Shown here in pieces: positions 63,270 through 64,000 of a DNA stretch of 64,000 nucleotides (its first letter is position 1; each line of letters begins with the position of its first letter). Position numbers and translations under genes: made by a program. The notes below the pieces were generated by a model. That model worked only from the letters and a program-made list of their open reading frames with translations, ran no database searches and had not been told where the DNA came from. This stretch comes from an uncultured Acidobacteriota bacterium (GTDB lineage: Bacteria > Acidobacteriota > UBA6911), in NCBI GenBank assembly GCA_963827655.1, contig CAWHCF010000043.1, forward strand, positions 1 to 64,000, in the 5' to 3' direction.

Positions 63270-64000
63270 ATGAAGTTTAGCCGTGGTTTGTACGCTAGCC
63301 TGATTTGCCTTACCTTCGCGACTATTTTCGCCCATGCTCCAAGCGCGGCCGGGGGACCGGCAGCCGCTGTCACTTTCAACAAGGACGTGGCTCCGATTCT
63401 GCAGAGGAGCTGCATGACGTGTCACCGTCCCGGCGAAGTCGCGCCCATGTCCCTTCTGACTTACAAAGAAGTGCGCCCGTGGGCCAAGTCGATCCGGGAA
63501 GTCGTGCAGGAGCGCAGGATGCCACCCTGGCCGGCAGATCCGCGCCACGGCGAGTTTTCCAACGACCGCCGCCTCTCCCAGCGCGAGATCGAGACCATTA
63601 CGGCCTGGGTTGAAGGTGGGGCGCGGGAAGGAGACGCCAAAGACCTGCCGCCGAATCCCAAGTTTGTCGAGGGTTGGAGCATCGGTCAGCCGGACGTGAT
63701 CCTCGCCATGACCGAGGAATACAGCGTGCCGGCCGATGGCGTGGTGCCGTACAGGAATTTTGTGGTCCCCACCAATTTCACGGAAGACCGTTACGTGCAG
63801 GCGGCGGAGATCCGGGCGGGAAACCGCGGCGTCGTCCACCATGTGATCGTGAGCGTGCTGGCTCCCACACGAGGGAAGCTCCCTTCGGCCGGGCTGCTAC
63901 GACAAGAGGAAGATCTGACGTCCGAAACAACGCCGGGGCGCGCCACGGTTTCCGGCCTGGTAGGGACGGCTCCGGGGATGCCTCCGCTGATGCTGCCACC
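63270..64000 (+). CDS. Second cytochrome c/copper monooxygenase-like paralog, runs off window (not in ORF track)
   Basis: Own translation MKFSRGLY...[30 protein letters not shown]...MPPW...VVHHVIV. Confidence 0.85.
   Translation, partial: MKFSRGLYASLICLTFATIFAHAPSAAGGPAAAVTFNKDVAPILQRSCMTCHRPGEVAPMSLLTYKEVRPWAKSIREVVQERRMPPWPADPRHGEFSNDRRLSQREIETITAWVEGGAREGDAKDLPPNPKFVEGWSIGQPDVILAMTEEYSVPADGVVPYRNFVVPTNFTEDRYVQAAEIRAGNRGVVHHVIVSVLAPTRGKLPSAGLLRQEEDLTSETTPGRATVSGLVGTAPGMPPLMLP

Overview
GC-rich bacterial window. Gene content suggests an Acidobacteria-like organism (inference): Oar-like TonB-dependent receptor, PD40 Ser/Thr kinases, NIPSNAP, LPxTA-tailed secreted protein. Many single-base frameshifts suggest an imperfectly polished long-read or metagenome assembly, worst in 1-6.5 kb. 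Left to right: (i) a coupled minus-strand pair, a SIR2-like+TIR protein followed by an nSTAND1-type NTPase-TM-WD40 protein that runs off the left edge, the best candidate for an undescribed immune/conflict system; (ii) lemA + DUF3137-like gene; (iii) alternative complex III (actABCDEF, G-like) + SCO + A2-type caa3 oxidase operon, with palindromic elements inserted between and inside genes; (iv) secreted and small membrane proteins, two with sigma54-type promoters; (v) acyl-CoA metabolism genes, cupin, NIPSNAP and a 1000-aa beta-helix protein; (vi) a truncated IS1182 element; (vii) a TonB-dependent receptor and a Ser/Thr kinase bracketed by two copies of a heptamer-hairpin element; (viii) a myo-inositol cluster (iolE-B-D-G ... 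iolC) interrupted by an SGNH-hydrolase fusion, a second kinase and a DUF1501 fragment; (ix) a HerA-like ATPase and two tandem cytochrome c/copper-monooxygenase-like genes. No rRNA, tRNA or CRISPR array was seen. All family calls are from motif recognition by eye; no searches were run.
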